Shown here in pieces: positions 53,431 through 62,889 of a stretch of 64,000 nucleotides of DNA; position 1 is the stretch's first letter, and every line of letters starts with the position of its first letter. Under the pieces are notes generated by a model, which worked only from the letters and a program-made list of their open reading frames with translations, did no database searches and had not been told where the DNA came from. This DNA is from Oscillospiraceae bacterium (GTDB lineage Bacteria > Bacillota > Clostridia > Oscillospirales > Oscillospiraceae): assembly GCA_017938625.1 (NCBI GenBank), contig JAGBBD010000029.1, positions 70-64,069 on the forward strand, in the 5' to 3' direction. Made by a program: the position numbers and the translations under genes.

Positions 53431-54571
53431 CTTCCAGCCCTCCGTATGTCACGGTGCGCTGTCCCAGCTTGGGGAGCTGCGTTTTCCCGATCACGATGTC
53501 GCCCGGAGCTGCCAGCCTGACGCGCTTGGCTCCCGCTGCCCGGACGCGGAACACCAGCTCCGTCGGGTTGATGTCTCGCCCCATCTTCCGCTGCCAGCTT
53601 GCGTACTCGTCCACCGCCGCCTCTACCTGTGCCTGAATGGTGCCAGCGCTTTTCTGGTCGCTGCTGCCAATCCAGTAGGTCAGGTCGATGTCGTAGGTGA
53701 TCTCCTCCGCCGCCGGGCAGTCCACAATGTCGGTCAGCGGGCGGATGGTGTCACCGTTCAGGTATTCCGCCAGCTCGGCCCGCTCCTTTTCCGTGGGTAA
53801 TGTTCCGCCGTTCAGCACCACATACACGTGTACCAGGCACGGCTCCGGGCTGACGATCTGCACGTCGTCCACGTCCGTCCGCCATTCTTTCGCGTAGTAG
53901 GCGTAGGCGTCGCGCGGTCCCGCGCAGGAATATTTGCTCGGGGCCAGCCACACACGTTCCGTCAGGCTGTCGTCGTCCTCGATGTCGAGGCCGCCCGTGC
54001 TGGCTTCGGTGCTGACCACACTCGCCACATAGGGGATAGGGTCTACCAGCGTGTCGATCTCACCGGCAGGGATGCCGCTGCTTCCCGCTCCGGCTTCCTC
54101 CGCCTGTACCGCCACATCCAGCGTAAGCTCTCCCGCCGCGATCTCTGCGTAATCCACGGTGTTGAAATACTTGCCGCCCTGGGTCTTGACGCGGGTGCCC
54201 GCCGGGATGGCAGTCGGCTCCGCTCTCACCCCGGAGAGGGTGAAGTGCACCACGCAGGTTGCCCGTCTGGCCTCCTGCCGCGTGATGCTGAACAGGGCGG
54301 CCAGTGCGTCCAGCGCGTCGCCGGTGGAGGTTTTCAGCAGCTCCGCCCGGCCCTTTGCGTCGATGTACTGCATGACCTGGTACAAGACCAGGCTGAAAGA
54401 TTTGATAATCAGGTTCTTGGTGTCGGCATCTCCCAGGGTGGCCTCCTGTCCGGTCCGCTCCTTGAAGATGCGCAGGAAGTTTGCCCGCACCAGTTCCTCG
54501 GTCTCTTGCAGGCTCATGTTCTCGATAAAGCTGATCTCCGGCACATTTGCCAGCTCTTTGATATTAGACAA
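53423..54571 (-). CDS. Baseplate J-like protein (P2 gpJ / XkdT family)
   Basis: Size, position between the W-like and I-like genes, and a typical baseplate_J central region. TTG start overlaps the upstream stop. Confidence 0.8.
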   Translation of the reverse strand: MSNIKELANVPEISFIENMSLQETEELVRANFLRIFKERTGQEATLGDADTKNLIIKSFSLVLYQVMQYIDAKGRAELLKTSTGDALDALAALFSITRQEARRATCVVHFTLSGVRAEPTAIPAGTRVKTQGGKYFNTVDYAEIAAGELTLDVAVQAEEAGAGSSGIPAGEIDTLVDPIPYVASVVSTEASTGGLDIEDDDSLTERVWLAPSKYSCAGPRDAYAYYAKEWRTDVDDVQIVSPEPCLVHVYVVLNGGTLPTEKERAELAEYLNGDTIRPLTDIVDCPAAEEITYDIDLTYWIGSSDQKSAGTIQAQVEAAVDEYASWQRKMGRDINPTELVFRVRAAGAKRVRLAAPGDIVIGKTQLPKLGQRTVTYGGLEDD

Positions 54572-54878
54572 AGCTCACCACCACCTTCGGGACGATACTG
54601 CCGCCCTGCGCGTTATTTCCGGTCCACTCCACTTTCACGACGCGGACCCTCGGCTCATACTGTTCTGTTTTCCGCACGAACTCCGCCGCCAGCAGCGCCT
54701 TGGCGGTTTCCTGCGGATTGTCCAGTATGTTGATGTCGATGCCAAAGTCCCGGTCAAGGGCCTGTTCTCCGGTCTCCGTGCCGTACAGCACTTGCAGATT
54801 TCGGTAGACCTCCTCCCGGGTGGTGTCATCCACGTCTCCGGCCTCGATCAAAATGACTGTGTTCTGCGTGTTTATCAC
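54564..54878 (-). CDS. Baseplate wedge protein, GPW/gp25 family
   Basis: 104 aa with the ...G....D..FG pattern. Position upstream of the J gene. GTG start after AAGGGAGGG. Confidence 0.7.
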   Translation of the reverse strand: MINTQNTVILIEAGDVDDTTREEVYRNLQVLYGTETGEQALDRDFGIDINILDNPQETAKALLAAEFVRKTEQYEPRVRVVKVEWTGNNAQGGSIVPKVVVSFV

Positions 54879-54891
54879 GGCTCGCCCTCCC

Positions 54892-55284
54892 TTACGTGTA
54901 TTCCTCGATGGTCAGGCTCACCTTGCACTCGATCAGCGTGCCGCCGTTCAGCACCGCGTCCCACGTGTCGCTCACGCTGACCAGCCTGAACGGATGCTCC
55001 GACAGCGGCATCCCGCCGATGATGAACCAGTCTACGTTCTGGCTCTCTGCCATCCGTTGAAAGAAGTCCAGCGTTGACCGTGGGCTTACGCCGTCCTGCG
55101 CCCGCAGCAGAATGTCCATGGTGTAGCTTTTCAGCTTCGGTCCTACCCATTGGCTGCGCGCCTTCCGGCCTATGATCTCATGGTTGGCCCAGTCGCTCCC
55201 GGTGCTGCCTTTCAGATTGTTCGGGGTGAATATCTTTCGGTTGCTCACCGTGAATACCCGGCCCATATAGCTGCCCACTGCCAT
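54892..55284 (-). CDS. Phage tail/baseplate protein (gpU-like or similar, 130 aa)
   Basis: Position between the spike and W genes. Weak resemblance to P2 GpU-type tail proteins. Strong RBS. Confidence 0.5.
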   Translation of the reverse strand: MAVGSYMGRVFTVSNRKIFTPNNLKGSTGSDWANHEIIGRKARSQWVGPKLKSYTMDILLRAQDGVSPRSTLDFFQRMAESQNVDWFIIGGMPLSEHPFRLVSVSDTWDAVLNGGTLIECKVSLTIEEYT

Positions 55285-55310
55285 CGTCGTGACCTCCTAT
55301 CCGTAAACGG

Positions 55311-56129
55311 TCACAGGTCAAGCGTGGCAGAGCTGCCCGCCAGGTGTATCGCCTGCGCCGTCATATTGATTTTTCCGGCGGATTGGATGGAAACGTCGCC
55401 GCTCTCTCCGATGGTGATGGACACGCCGTTGATGTTCAGCGTCACCGCGCCGGTGATATTCAGCGTGACGGCAGCGGTCACGGTGTCCTGGATGTCTCCC
55501 TGAAACTCCCGCTCCACCTCGCCGCCGTAAAGCTCGGTGTTCTTTCCGCCCACCATCAAGGCCCGGTCGCCGCCCACGCCCTCGTCAAGGTCGCCCTCGG
55601 CTTCCAGACTGATGTGCTCCCCGGCGTCAATGGTCACGCTTTTCTCCGCGCCGATGCCCACACCTTCCTTGCCGTGGACGCTGACGCTCTTTCCCCGGCT
55701 GGTGATCTGCACCAGCTCCTCCGCGATCACGCTGATCGGGCCTTTTGCCTCGTCGAATATTTCTCCGTTGCAGTTGCGCCCGGTCCGCTTGTCGGTGAAC
55801 TGGGTGTAGGTCCCGGTGTTGGCGTCGTACCGCTCGTAGGCCTGTCCCGCCGCCGTACCGTATTCCTTGCGGTAAAGGCCGTCGAAGCCCTCCGCCGGTT
55901 TATTGCTTTTGTTCCACACTGTGCCGGTGGTGGTGCCCGCCGCCGTGCCGTTGCTGATATGGCAAACGCTCACGATCTGGCCCACCCTCGGCATTTTGTA
56001 TTCACCGTTGCTCATGGCGTTTATCCGCCGTGTCACGGTCTTTCCACGGTCGGCATAGGTCACTTCATAGGTTCCGCTCTCGTAATCTATGGAGCTGACC
56101 CGCCCCGTGCGGATGATGTTTTCCGACAT
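55311..56129 (-). CDS. Baseplate assembly protein V / central spike
   Basis: N-terminal OB-fold pattern (GRVSSIDYESGTYEVTY...PRVGQIVSV) followed by a beta-helix-like repeated C-terminus. Confidence 0.75.
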   Translation of the reverse strand: MSENIIRTGRVSSIDYESGTYEVTYADRGKTVTRRINAMSNGEYKMPRVGQIVSVCHISNGTAAGTTTGTVWNKSNKPAEGFDGLYRKEYGTAAGQAYERYDANTGTYTQFTDKRTGRNCNGEIFDEAKGPISVIAEELVQITSRGKSVSVHGKEGVGIGAEKSVTIDAGEHISLEAEGDLDEGVGGDRALMVGGKNTELYGGEVEREFQGDIQDTVTAAVTLNITGAVTLNINGVSITIGESGDVSIQSAGKINMTAQAIHLAGSSATLDL

Positions 56130-56141
56130 ATTCCGGCCTCC

Positions 56142-57884
56142 TTACTCGCTCTCCCCGGTGCCGCAGTAGCTCACAGGGACCCAGCCTGTCACGTTCTGGC
56201 CCACCGGCAGCTTGCCGCAGCGGTCCGCGCTGTTGGTCATCCGGTAGCGTCCGTTTATCAGGATGCCGTCGTAGAAGTAAAACACGCCGCTCTTATAGCA
56301 GCTCGGGTTGGGGGCCGTGCTGGTGTAGTAGAAAGGCGCGTTGTCCAGCGTCACCGCAGCGCCCGCCTCCGCGCCCGCCTGGGCGCTGGCTGCGTTGGCC
56401 GCCGTGCTGGTCTCGTAGGTGGTGCTGTACTCCGTGTCGCTCACGTCAGACCCCTCCGTGTTGTACAGCAGGGTCCCGCCCACCTCATGGGGGTGGAAAG
56501 CCTTGCGGACACCGCTGCACTCAAAGGCCGTGGTGAAGCCGCCGCTCTTGGCATACTTGTGTGTCACCTTGTCCACAAAGTATTTGCCGTTGATGCCGCC
56601 CTCGCCGCCGTCCGGTCCGCCGCCGTAGCCGGTAATGGTGATCGTGTTGCCCGCGCTCACCGACCAATCGCCCGGAACAGAGAACCGCAGCTTGATCGTG
56701 CCGTGGTTGGCCCTGTTCAGCTCCGCGCAGAGCTGAACCGCCGCGTCCTGTACACTGGTGGCTCTGCGGTTGACCGCCTTGATATGCGTCCCGCCGCCCA
56801 CCGCGCAGGAGATGTCGCAGTCCTTGTCTGCGTCCGTATAGTCGAAGGTGCCGCCGGTGTACGTGCCGGACAGGGTAGTGGTCCAGCTCAAGCTCCCTCG
56901 GATGATGTCGGTCCGGTCAAAGTTCCGCACCGCCCGCTTGGCCTTGTAGGCCTCCCGATCATAGACCCACAGCCGCCGCGCATACACCTTGAGCACCAGT
57001 CCGTAGTTCTGGCACAGACTGTTGTAATAGCTGCTGTCGGTCCCGTCCTGCTCGTCACATTCGATCTCGTAGTCCTCCGCGTCATAGGTGAAGCCCAGCC
57101 CATACCTGGCCGCGATGGTCTCGCCGATGCGCTTGACGGAGGTGTTCTTCCACGTGGTCGCCCGGTCCGTTTCGCTGAAATTGCTGTCGCTGGGCTTGCT
57201 CACGCCGCCGAGCTGCAAAGTGGTCGGAGTGTCGGAGTAGTTCACGTCATCCACCACGAACAGCCCGCAGTCTATGGCCCGCTCGTCCCCGGGCCGGTTC
57301 CAGTCATGTCCCAGCAGCCGGGGATACAGCGTCGTGCCCTTCTGCGGCATCCAGTCCCACAGCCATTTGCGGTCCTGGGCGTCCAGGGTGATGTCAATGG
57401 TGTCGCTGTCGTCCGCAGCGTTGTCCACGTAGGTCAGGTTTTCCACATAGGGGGCGATGTCCGTACCCGCGCCCGCGCCCAGAGTGGACACGATCTTGGT
57501 CGCGGTGGTCTGCGGCATGGCCTCTGCGGCCTCTGTGCCGCCCTCTCCGGCGTCCATCCATCCGGTCACATTCTGGCCCACCGGCGTCTTTCCCACCCGC
57601 GATGGGGTGTTTGTGATGCGGTAGCGCCCGTTTATCAGGATGCCGTCGTAGTAGTAATACGTGCCCGTTTTGTGGGTGGCTGGGTTCTTGGCCGTGCTGC
57701 TCACGTAAAGCGGGGTGTTGTTCAGTGTCACCGGCGCGCCCGCCGTGGCTCCTCCGCCGGAGCTGGCCGACGCGGCGCTTCCGCTGCCTTCTGCCTGCTC
57801 CACCTGCTCTACCGTCTGCACCAGTACGGAGTACGGCGTGTTCCGGTACAGCACCGAAAGTCCGATGCTTCTTGCCTTATTCAT
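56142..57884 (-). CDS. Late control gpD-like baseplate hub protein flanked by two SH3-like modules (580 aa)
   Basis: The central region resembles P2 gpD. 58-aa modules at aa 52-109 and 511-568 are 39/58 identical (…YDGILINGRYR.TN…PVGQNVTGW). Confidence 0.75.
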   Translation of the reverse strand: MNKARSIGLSVLYRNTPYSVLVQTVEQVEQAEGSGSAASASSGGGATAGAPVTLNNTPLYVSSTAKNPATHKTGTYYYYDGILINGRYRITNTPSRVGKTPVGQNVTGWMDAGEGGTEAAEAMPQTTATKIVSTLGAGAGTDIAPYVENLTYVDNAADDSDTIDITLDAQDRKWLWDWMPQKGTTLYPRLLGHDWNRPGDERAIDCGLFVVDDVNYSDTPTTLQLGGVSKPSDSNFSETDRATTWKNTSVKRIGETIAARYGLGFTYDAEDYEIECDEQDGTDSSYYNSLCQNYGLVLKVYARRLWVYDREAYKAKRAVRNFDRTDIIRGSLSWTTTLSGTYTGGTFDYTDADKDCDISCAVGGGTHIKAVNRRATSVQDAAVQLCAELNRANHGTIKLRFSVPGDWSVSAGNTITITGYGGGPDGGEGGINGKYFVDKVTHKYAKSGGFTTAFECSGVRKAFHPHEVGGTLLYNTEGSDVSDTEYSTTYETSTAANAASAQAGAEAGAAVTLDNAPFYYTSTAPNPSCYKSGVFYFYDGILINGRYRMTNSADRCGKLPVGQNVTGWVPVSYCGTGESE

Positions 57885-58089
57885 AGCTTGCCTCGTATTT
57901 CCACGGCGGCAGCGTGCCCGCTCTGGCGTCCTTTACCTCCGGGGTGGTCAGCACCACCCCGGAAGAAAAGCGAAATGTACCGATATGCTGCGGGTTCGCC
58001 GCCATCAGGGCGTCGGCATGGTACTCGCTTCCGTAGACCTCTTTGGCGATCACGTCCCACGTGTCGCCGCTCTTTGTCGTGTATGCCAT
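57877..58089 (-). CDS. Tail protein X (P2 gpX-like, LysM-like fold)
   Basis: 70 aa with Y.....GDTWD.IA...YG pattern. Position between the tape measure and gpD. Confidence 0.75.
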   Translation of the reverse strand: MAYTTKSGDTWDVIAKEVYGSEYHADALMAANPQHIGTFRFSSGVVLTTPEVKDARAGTLPPWKYEASYE

Positions 58090-58104
58090 GCTCTGCCCCT
58101 TTCG

Positions 58105-61100
58105 TTAATAGCTCATTCTGGCGCGCTTGCGCACCATCTGTTCATACCAGGCCTCGAACTGCTCCTTGGCCTGACGCAGCGCCTCGTCGATCACATCCCG
58201 GTCTGCGTTGCCCTGGATGATGATGTTCGGCGCAAATGTGAAGCCGCCGCCCGGGCCGTCATCCGACCCGCCGCCGACCTCTTTCAGCTCTACGACGTTT
58301 CCGCCGCCCACAGCGTGCAAAGCCTGTTCGGCGCTGACGCCCAGCATCCGGCCAGCCTGTGCCCAGGTGGCGATGTTCTGCGCCCGCACGCCTCGCTGGA
58401 AGCTGATGACAGCCTCGCGCCCGGCCTCGCCCGCGATGCTCACGCCGTCGGTAAAGCCGCCCTTTGCAAGCATCGGGATTTCCGGGATGTTGATGGAAAA
58501 GCTCTTGCCGCCAATCACGGGCACCCAGTCCGGGATTGTCAAGCCCAGTCCGTTGATGCCGGAGATTGCCTTGTTGATAAGGGCGATGACTGCGTTGACC
58601 GGCGTTTTCAGCAGGCCTTCCAGCGCATTGAACGCACCGGCGAATATCTGCTTCACGCCTTCCCACGCCTGTGTCCAGTTTCCGGTGAACACGCCCGTGA
58701 TGAAAGAGATCAGCCCGTCAAAGATCGTTTTGATACTCTCAAGGATGGGGCCTATGCCGGATGCCAGCGCATTGATACCGGCCAGCACGGCGGGCACCAC
58801 CACGGAAGCGATGCTCATAATCACGGAGACGATTTTCTCCACGACGGGGAGCGACGCCTGAATGGCCGAGCCGATGATCTGCATACCCGTCATCACGGCG
58901 GAGCCGATGCCGGAGATGATACCGGCGATGTACGGGGCCGCCTGCGTGAACAGGTTCATAATCGTGGGAAATACCGTCGTGGTCAGGAACCCGAAGATTT
59001 CCTGAATGATCGGCTTCACCGTTGTGTTGGCGAAGTTCACGATCTGGCCTACGACGCCCATGACCGATTGCAGGATGGTTGTCAGCCCGTCAAAGGCCGC
59101 GCCCGCTTCCGGTCCGAATAGGTTCACGATGCTGTCCCGCAGCGGGGCCATAGCTTCCGCCACGCCGCCGTCCACGAATAGACCGCTGATGAAGTCGCCC
59201 ACGTTTTGCAGTACCCCGAGGAAGCTGTCGAAGATCGCCAGTCCCTCGTCGCCGAATACGTTCTGGACGATGCCCCGGATGCTGTCTATGTTGTCTCCCA
59301 GGATGCTTACCACGGCGATGATCGCCGAGATCACGCCGATAACCGGCGCGGCTCCTGTAAAGATGCTGCCAAAGCCCGAGGCGATGGGACCCCATACGCT
59401 GCCGAGTACGCCAGCGCCGGAGCTTGCCACGCTTCCCAGGCCGCCCAGCAAGCCGCCGATAGCCTTACCCGGCCCGGAGCTTGCGATACCGCCCAGGAAG
59501 CCGCCAGCCTTGCCCAGCAGCCCCGAGATATTTTGCTGAAAGATGCTCCCCTGAATGGTCGCCGCAGCGCCCACACCTGCGATGCCTTTACGCAGAGGCA
59601 GCGTCAGCTTGTTCAGCACGCCGCTGATCGCGCCGCCTGCCTTGGTGTTGCCCAGTGTGGTTCCCAGGTCTCCGACAGAGGAGAAGATGCCGCCGAGATA
59701 CTGGCCGACGCCGCTCCCGCCGACCCTGTTCCGAATGGCGCTTCCTACGCCCTGATAGCCGGACAGCAGCCCGGGGGTTCCCGCCGCCGCGTCCAGCAGT
59801 CCGGTCGTCCCCTTGATGCCGTTGCCGGAGATCAGGCTGGACGCCATGGCGCTTAATGTTGTGAAAAATCCGTTGCCGGATGCAGCGCCTCCAAATGCAG
59901 CCGCCAGACCTCCCGCAGCTCCACCGGCCTTCTGGCCGCCCTTGAACAGGTTGGAGATACCGCCGACCAGTCCGCCGGAGCGTTTTCCGCCTCCGCCGCC
60001 GGGAGTGCCCATAAGCAGGCTTCCCGCTCCGCTCAAGAGGCTTTCGATGCCCGGGGCAAACTTCATGCCCACGAATACCGCTGCGATCTTGCCCAGCGTT
60101 TCAGCCACTTCCGGGCCGTTGTTCGCCAGGTAGTCGAGGCCCTTTTGGATGTATGGCAGTGACTTGTCCATGACATCTGCCAGCTTTGCAACGCCGCCGC
60201 TCGCCAGCTCGCCCAGCGTTCCCGCCAGTTGTTCCAGCTCCGGCATATTGCCCCGGATGGTGTTCAGGAAGTCGATCATCGCCAGGCTGAACTCTTTCTT
60301 GGCAGGCAGGAAGGCGTCGCCGATCTCGACCGCCATGGCGTACTTGGTGTTCGCCAGCATGGCGTCAATGCTCTCCGATGTGCTGGCCTTGATGATGAAC
60401 TCCCGCTCCATGCTGCCTGCATAGAGGTTCGGGTCGCTCACCATTTTCAGCGCATCCGTGAACACGTCCATGTTGCCCACGATCTTTGCGTTACCTTCGA
60501 TGGCCCACTGTCCAAACAGCGTGCTCAAGGCCGCCACCTGTCGCTCGTCCGGCAGATTGTTGATCGCGTCGAACACGGTCAGCAGCGTGCCCACGCTGTC
60601 CACCTGCATCGACTTTGCGATGCCTTCCGCAGACATACCCAGCTCTTGCCACATTTCCTTTTGGGCCTTTGTGGCGCTGGCTCCCTTGCTCAAGTTGGTG
60701 TAGGTTCGTTTGATGCTGGTGCCCACGCGGTCGCTGGCTACGCCCGTTGCCAGCATGGCGTCAGCCAGTGCCGCCGTGGTAGCCACGTCCGCGCCTGCGA
60801 TCTGACCCAGCGAAGCCGCCGAGTTCACCGCTTCCGCGATTTCCGCCGCCGTGGTGGCGCTGTTTGCGCCCAGGTAGTTGATCTGGTCCAGCAGCACCAT
60901 GACCTGGCTGTGGTCCATGTTAAAGGCCTTTTCCCACTTGGCGGCCCAGTTGCCCGCCTGGTCTGCGCTGATGTCCATAGCGACGCCCGCCATGGCAACA
61001 TCACGCAAAAAGCCGGTGATATTGCCGCTGGCATCTGTCTTGATAAGGTCCTCCATCGCCTTGCCGGACTGACCGGCTGCGGCGGCAAGCTCTGTCAGCT

Positions 61101-61479
61101 CGTTCGCCGTAAAGGGGATTTGGGTGCTCAAGTCCAGAATGGCGTCCTTCATGGTGCCGTAGTTTTCTGCGAAGGTCTTTCCGTTGTCGGCCAGCTTGTC
61201 GCTGATCTTTCCGGTGGCGTCCGCCAAACCGTCCACGTACTTCACCACGTCGGCCATGCTGGCCTCAAACTCCCTTGCCGTGTCGGTGGCTTTCGCCAGC
61301 CCGGCAATCGTCGCTGTGGTCAGTGCGCCCATGGCCGCAAGGCCCGCCGTACCCACCTTGCTCATGGTGGTGGTCAGGCTGCCCATCAGGTTATTGGTAT
61401 TGTTGATAGCCGCCGTCAGGCTTTTGTCTACCTTACCGGCGATCTTAATGCTTAACTCTAATGTTTTGTTCTGCGCCAT
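58105..61479 (-). CDS. Tail tape measure protein (1124 aa)
   Basis: Length, a Gly/Ala-rich helical and TM-like central segments, and its position after the chaperone pair. Confidence 0.9.
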   Translation of the reverse strand: MAQNKTLELSIKIAGKVDKSLTAAINNTNNLMGSLTTTMSKVGTAGLAAMGALTTATIAGLAKATDTAREFEASMADVVKYVDGLADATGKISDKLADNGKTFAENYGTMKDAILDLSTQIPFTANELTELAAAAGQSGKAMEDLIKTDASGNITGFLRDVAMAGVAMDISADQAGNWAAKWEKAFNMDHSQVMVLLDQINYLGANSATTAAEIAEAVNSAASLGQIAGADVATTAALADAMLATGVASDRVGTSIKRTYTNLSKGASATKAQKEMWQELGMSAEGIAKSMQVDSVGTLLTVFDAINNLPDERQVAALSTLFGQWAIEGNAKIVGNMDVFTDALKMVSDPNLYAGSMEREFIIKASTSESIDAMLANTKYAMAVEIGDAFLPAKKEFSLAMIDFLNTIRGNMPELEQLAGTLGELASGGVAKLADVMDKSLPYIQKGLDYLANNGPEVAETLGKIAAVFVGMKFAPGIESLLSGAGSLLMGTPGGGGGKRSGGLVGGISNLFKGGQKAGGAAGGLAAAFGGAASGNGFFTTLSAMASSLISGNGIKGTTGLLDAAAGTPGLLSGYQGVGSAIRNRVGGSGVGQYLGGIFSSVGDLGTTLGNTKAGGAISGVLNKLTLPLRKGIAGVGAAATIQGSIFQQNISGLLGKAGGFLGGIASSGPGKAIGGLLGGLGSVASSGAGVLGSVWGPIASGFGSIFTGAAPVIGVISAIIAVVSILGDNIDSIRGIVQNVFGDEGLAIFDSFLGVLQNVGDFISGLFVDGGVAEAMAPLRDSIVNLFGPEAGAAFDGLTTILQSVMGVVGQIVNFANTTVKPIIQEIFGFLTTTVFPTIMNLFTQAAPYIAGIISGIGSAVMTGMQIIGSAIQASLPVVEKIVSVIMSIASVVVPAVLAGINALASGIGPILESIKTIFDGLISFITGVFTGNWTQAWEGVKQIFAGAFNALEGLLKTPVNAVIALINKAISGINGLGLTIPDWVPVIGGKSFSINIPEIPMLAKGGFTDGVSIAGEAGREAVISFQRGVRAQNIATWAQAGRMLGVSAEQALHAVGGGNVVELKEVGGGSDDGPGGGFTFAPNIIIQGNADRDVIDEALRQAKEQFEAWYEQMVRKRARMSY

Positions 61480-62257
61480 TCTTCCGCCACCTCATTATTC
61501 AGCGCTATAAACTCCTCCACGGGCAGTTTCAGGTAGAAATCCACGCCCGTTCTGGTCACGGCTGACAGGCGGATGGCCGCTTGCCGCAGCGCTTTCGCGC
61601 CGCCCTTTACTCGAAAAAACCGCTGTCGTTCACCGCGTTTTTCAGTTTCAGGGTCTCATACAGGGGCAGCCCTGTGAAAAACTCCTCCGGCAGTCCGGTC
61701 GCCATGCTCGCCAGGATGCAGGCAAACAGGAAGTTGTAGGAGGTCTCCGTCACAACAAAGCCCGCGCGGGTCAGTCTGTTCTCCGCCTCGCTCTCGTTCA
61801 TGCTGTTCAGGTCTGCGATGCCGTTCAGGTCCACTTCGGTATAGGTCTTGCCTTTGAAGTGATAGGGCTTGGCAAGCTGCATCACGTGGTTTTCCGTGGC
61901 CGCTTCCACGTTCAGGTATCCGCGCACGACCGCCGCCACTCTGCGGCTTGCGCCGCGAGGCATCAGCTTGAAAACCTCAATAGGCAGCTCGGTCGCCTTG
62001 GCGGCTACCGCTCTGGCAAATGCGGTGGTGGTCTCGGTCAGCATGGCCGCCGCCACCTCTCGCTCGTTGAAAAGCTGTCTCTGGATGTCAATGGCGTCCT
62101 TCACAGTCAGCTTATCCAGCCCGGTCAGGTCGATTTCGGTGTATTCCGTATCCTCGAACTTATAGGGCTTGCCCAGGTCTACCACCCGGCGCTCCTCCTG
62201 CATGGCCTCCACGGCCTCCTCGTTGGTCTCCGCCTGAATGTTCTTCTCGTCAGACAT
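61458..62257 (-). CDS. Predicted -1 frameshift-extended chaperone isoform (gpE+E'/gpGT-like)
   Basis: Slippery heptamer TTTTTTC (61613-61619). The -1 frame stays open for 51 further codons (RVKGGAKALRQAAIRLSAVTRTGVDFYLKLPVEEFIALNNEVAEEWRRTKH). That spans the whole 127-nt gap and ends inside the tape-measure start region. Confidence 0.6.
61607..62257 (-). CDS. Tail assembly chaperone (gpE-like; internally duplicated domain)
   Basis: Position between the tube and tape measure genes. Two related halves are present (LGKPYKFEDTEYTEIDL.GL and LAKPYHFKGKTYTEVDLNGI). It ends at a slippery T_TTT_TTC site. Confidence 0.75.
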   Translation of the reverse strand: MSDEKNIQAETNEEAVEAMQEERRVVDLGKPYKFEDTEYTEIDLTGLDKLTVKDAIDIQRQLFNEREVAAAMLTETTTAFARAVAAKATELPIEVFKLMPRGASRRVAAVVRGYLNVEAATENHVMQLAKPYHFKGKTYTEVDLNGIADLNSMNESEAENRLTRAGFVVTETSYNFLFACILASMATGLPEEFFTGLPLYETLKLKNAVNDSGFFE

Positions 62258-62285
62258 GGTAGTGCTCCTTTCGATTTGAATATGG

Positions 62286-62324
62286 CGCAGGCCCTATCCT
62301 CCGGTGCGGAAGATAGAGCCTGCG
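62286..62324 (-). other. Long sense-strand mRNA hairpin between the tube and chaperone genes
   Basis: 18-bp stem. The two imperfect positions are G-U wobbles on the minus (sense) strand but C-A mismatches on the plus strand. Confidence 0.6.
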
Positions 62325-62343
62325 TTTTTGTGTTTGATTGGTT

Positions 62344-62871
62344 TTAGGTCAGCTCGGAGATGCCAGCCAGCATATCCTTACCGTTGACCTTGTAGACGCC
62401 GTTCAGCTTGTCCACCTCAAGTAAGGGCTGTCCGTCGTTCTCGACCAGCAGATAGGTCAGTTCCAGAACGACCTTGGCCTCCATGCCCTCGCCCTTCTCC
62501 ACCTTGCCGGGGTTGAAGGTCTTGACGCGGCCCATCTCCACCACGCGCAGGCCCTTGAAGGCGTAGCCGCCGGTCTTGTCATAGACCTGCTGGGCGGCGC
62601 GCAGCGTCAGGTTGACCACGGACAGGGGAGACAGCATATCCATGGCGCTGCTGTACAGCACATTGAAGTCGATCTCCTGCTCCATGCTCTCGAACTGGCC
62701 GATGGTGGGGCTGTCGATCTCGCCGTTGATGCCAGCGCCGGAAACGGTGCTGGTTTTCATCTTGACCTCCGGCAGAGTGACGGAGGCCGCAACACCGATC
62801 ATCTTGGTTCCGTCCAGATAGGTGTTGAAGTCATTGATCTTCTCGGGGATGTAGTTGTTGCTGATACTCAT
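62344..62871 (-). CDS. Major tail tube protein (P2 FII-like)
   Basis: The 175-aa sequence, with IPEKINDFNTYLDG...G.A..V.LPE, resembles FII. Follows the sheath gene. Confidence 0.85.
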   Translation of the reverse strand: MSISNNYIPEKINDFNTYLDGTKMIGVAASVTLPEVKMKTSTVSGAGINGEIDSPTIGQFESMEQEIDFNVLYSSAMDMLSPLSVVNLTLRAAQQVYDKTGGYAFKGLRVVEMGRVKTFNPGKVEKGEGMEAKVVLELTYLLVENDGQPLLEVDKLNGVYKVNGKDMLAGISELT

Positions 62872-62889
62872 GGTTTCGTCCCTCCCTTA

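Noticed and set aside
62286-62335. Plus-strand (antisense) intrinsic terminator between the tube and chaperone genes
   Set aside because: The hairpin is followed by a T run on the plus strand. However, its two imperfect pairs are mismatches on that strand and wobbles on the sense strand. No plus-strand gene ends there.
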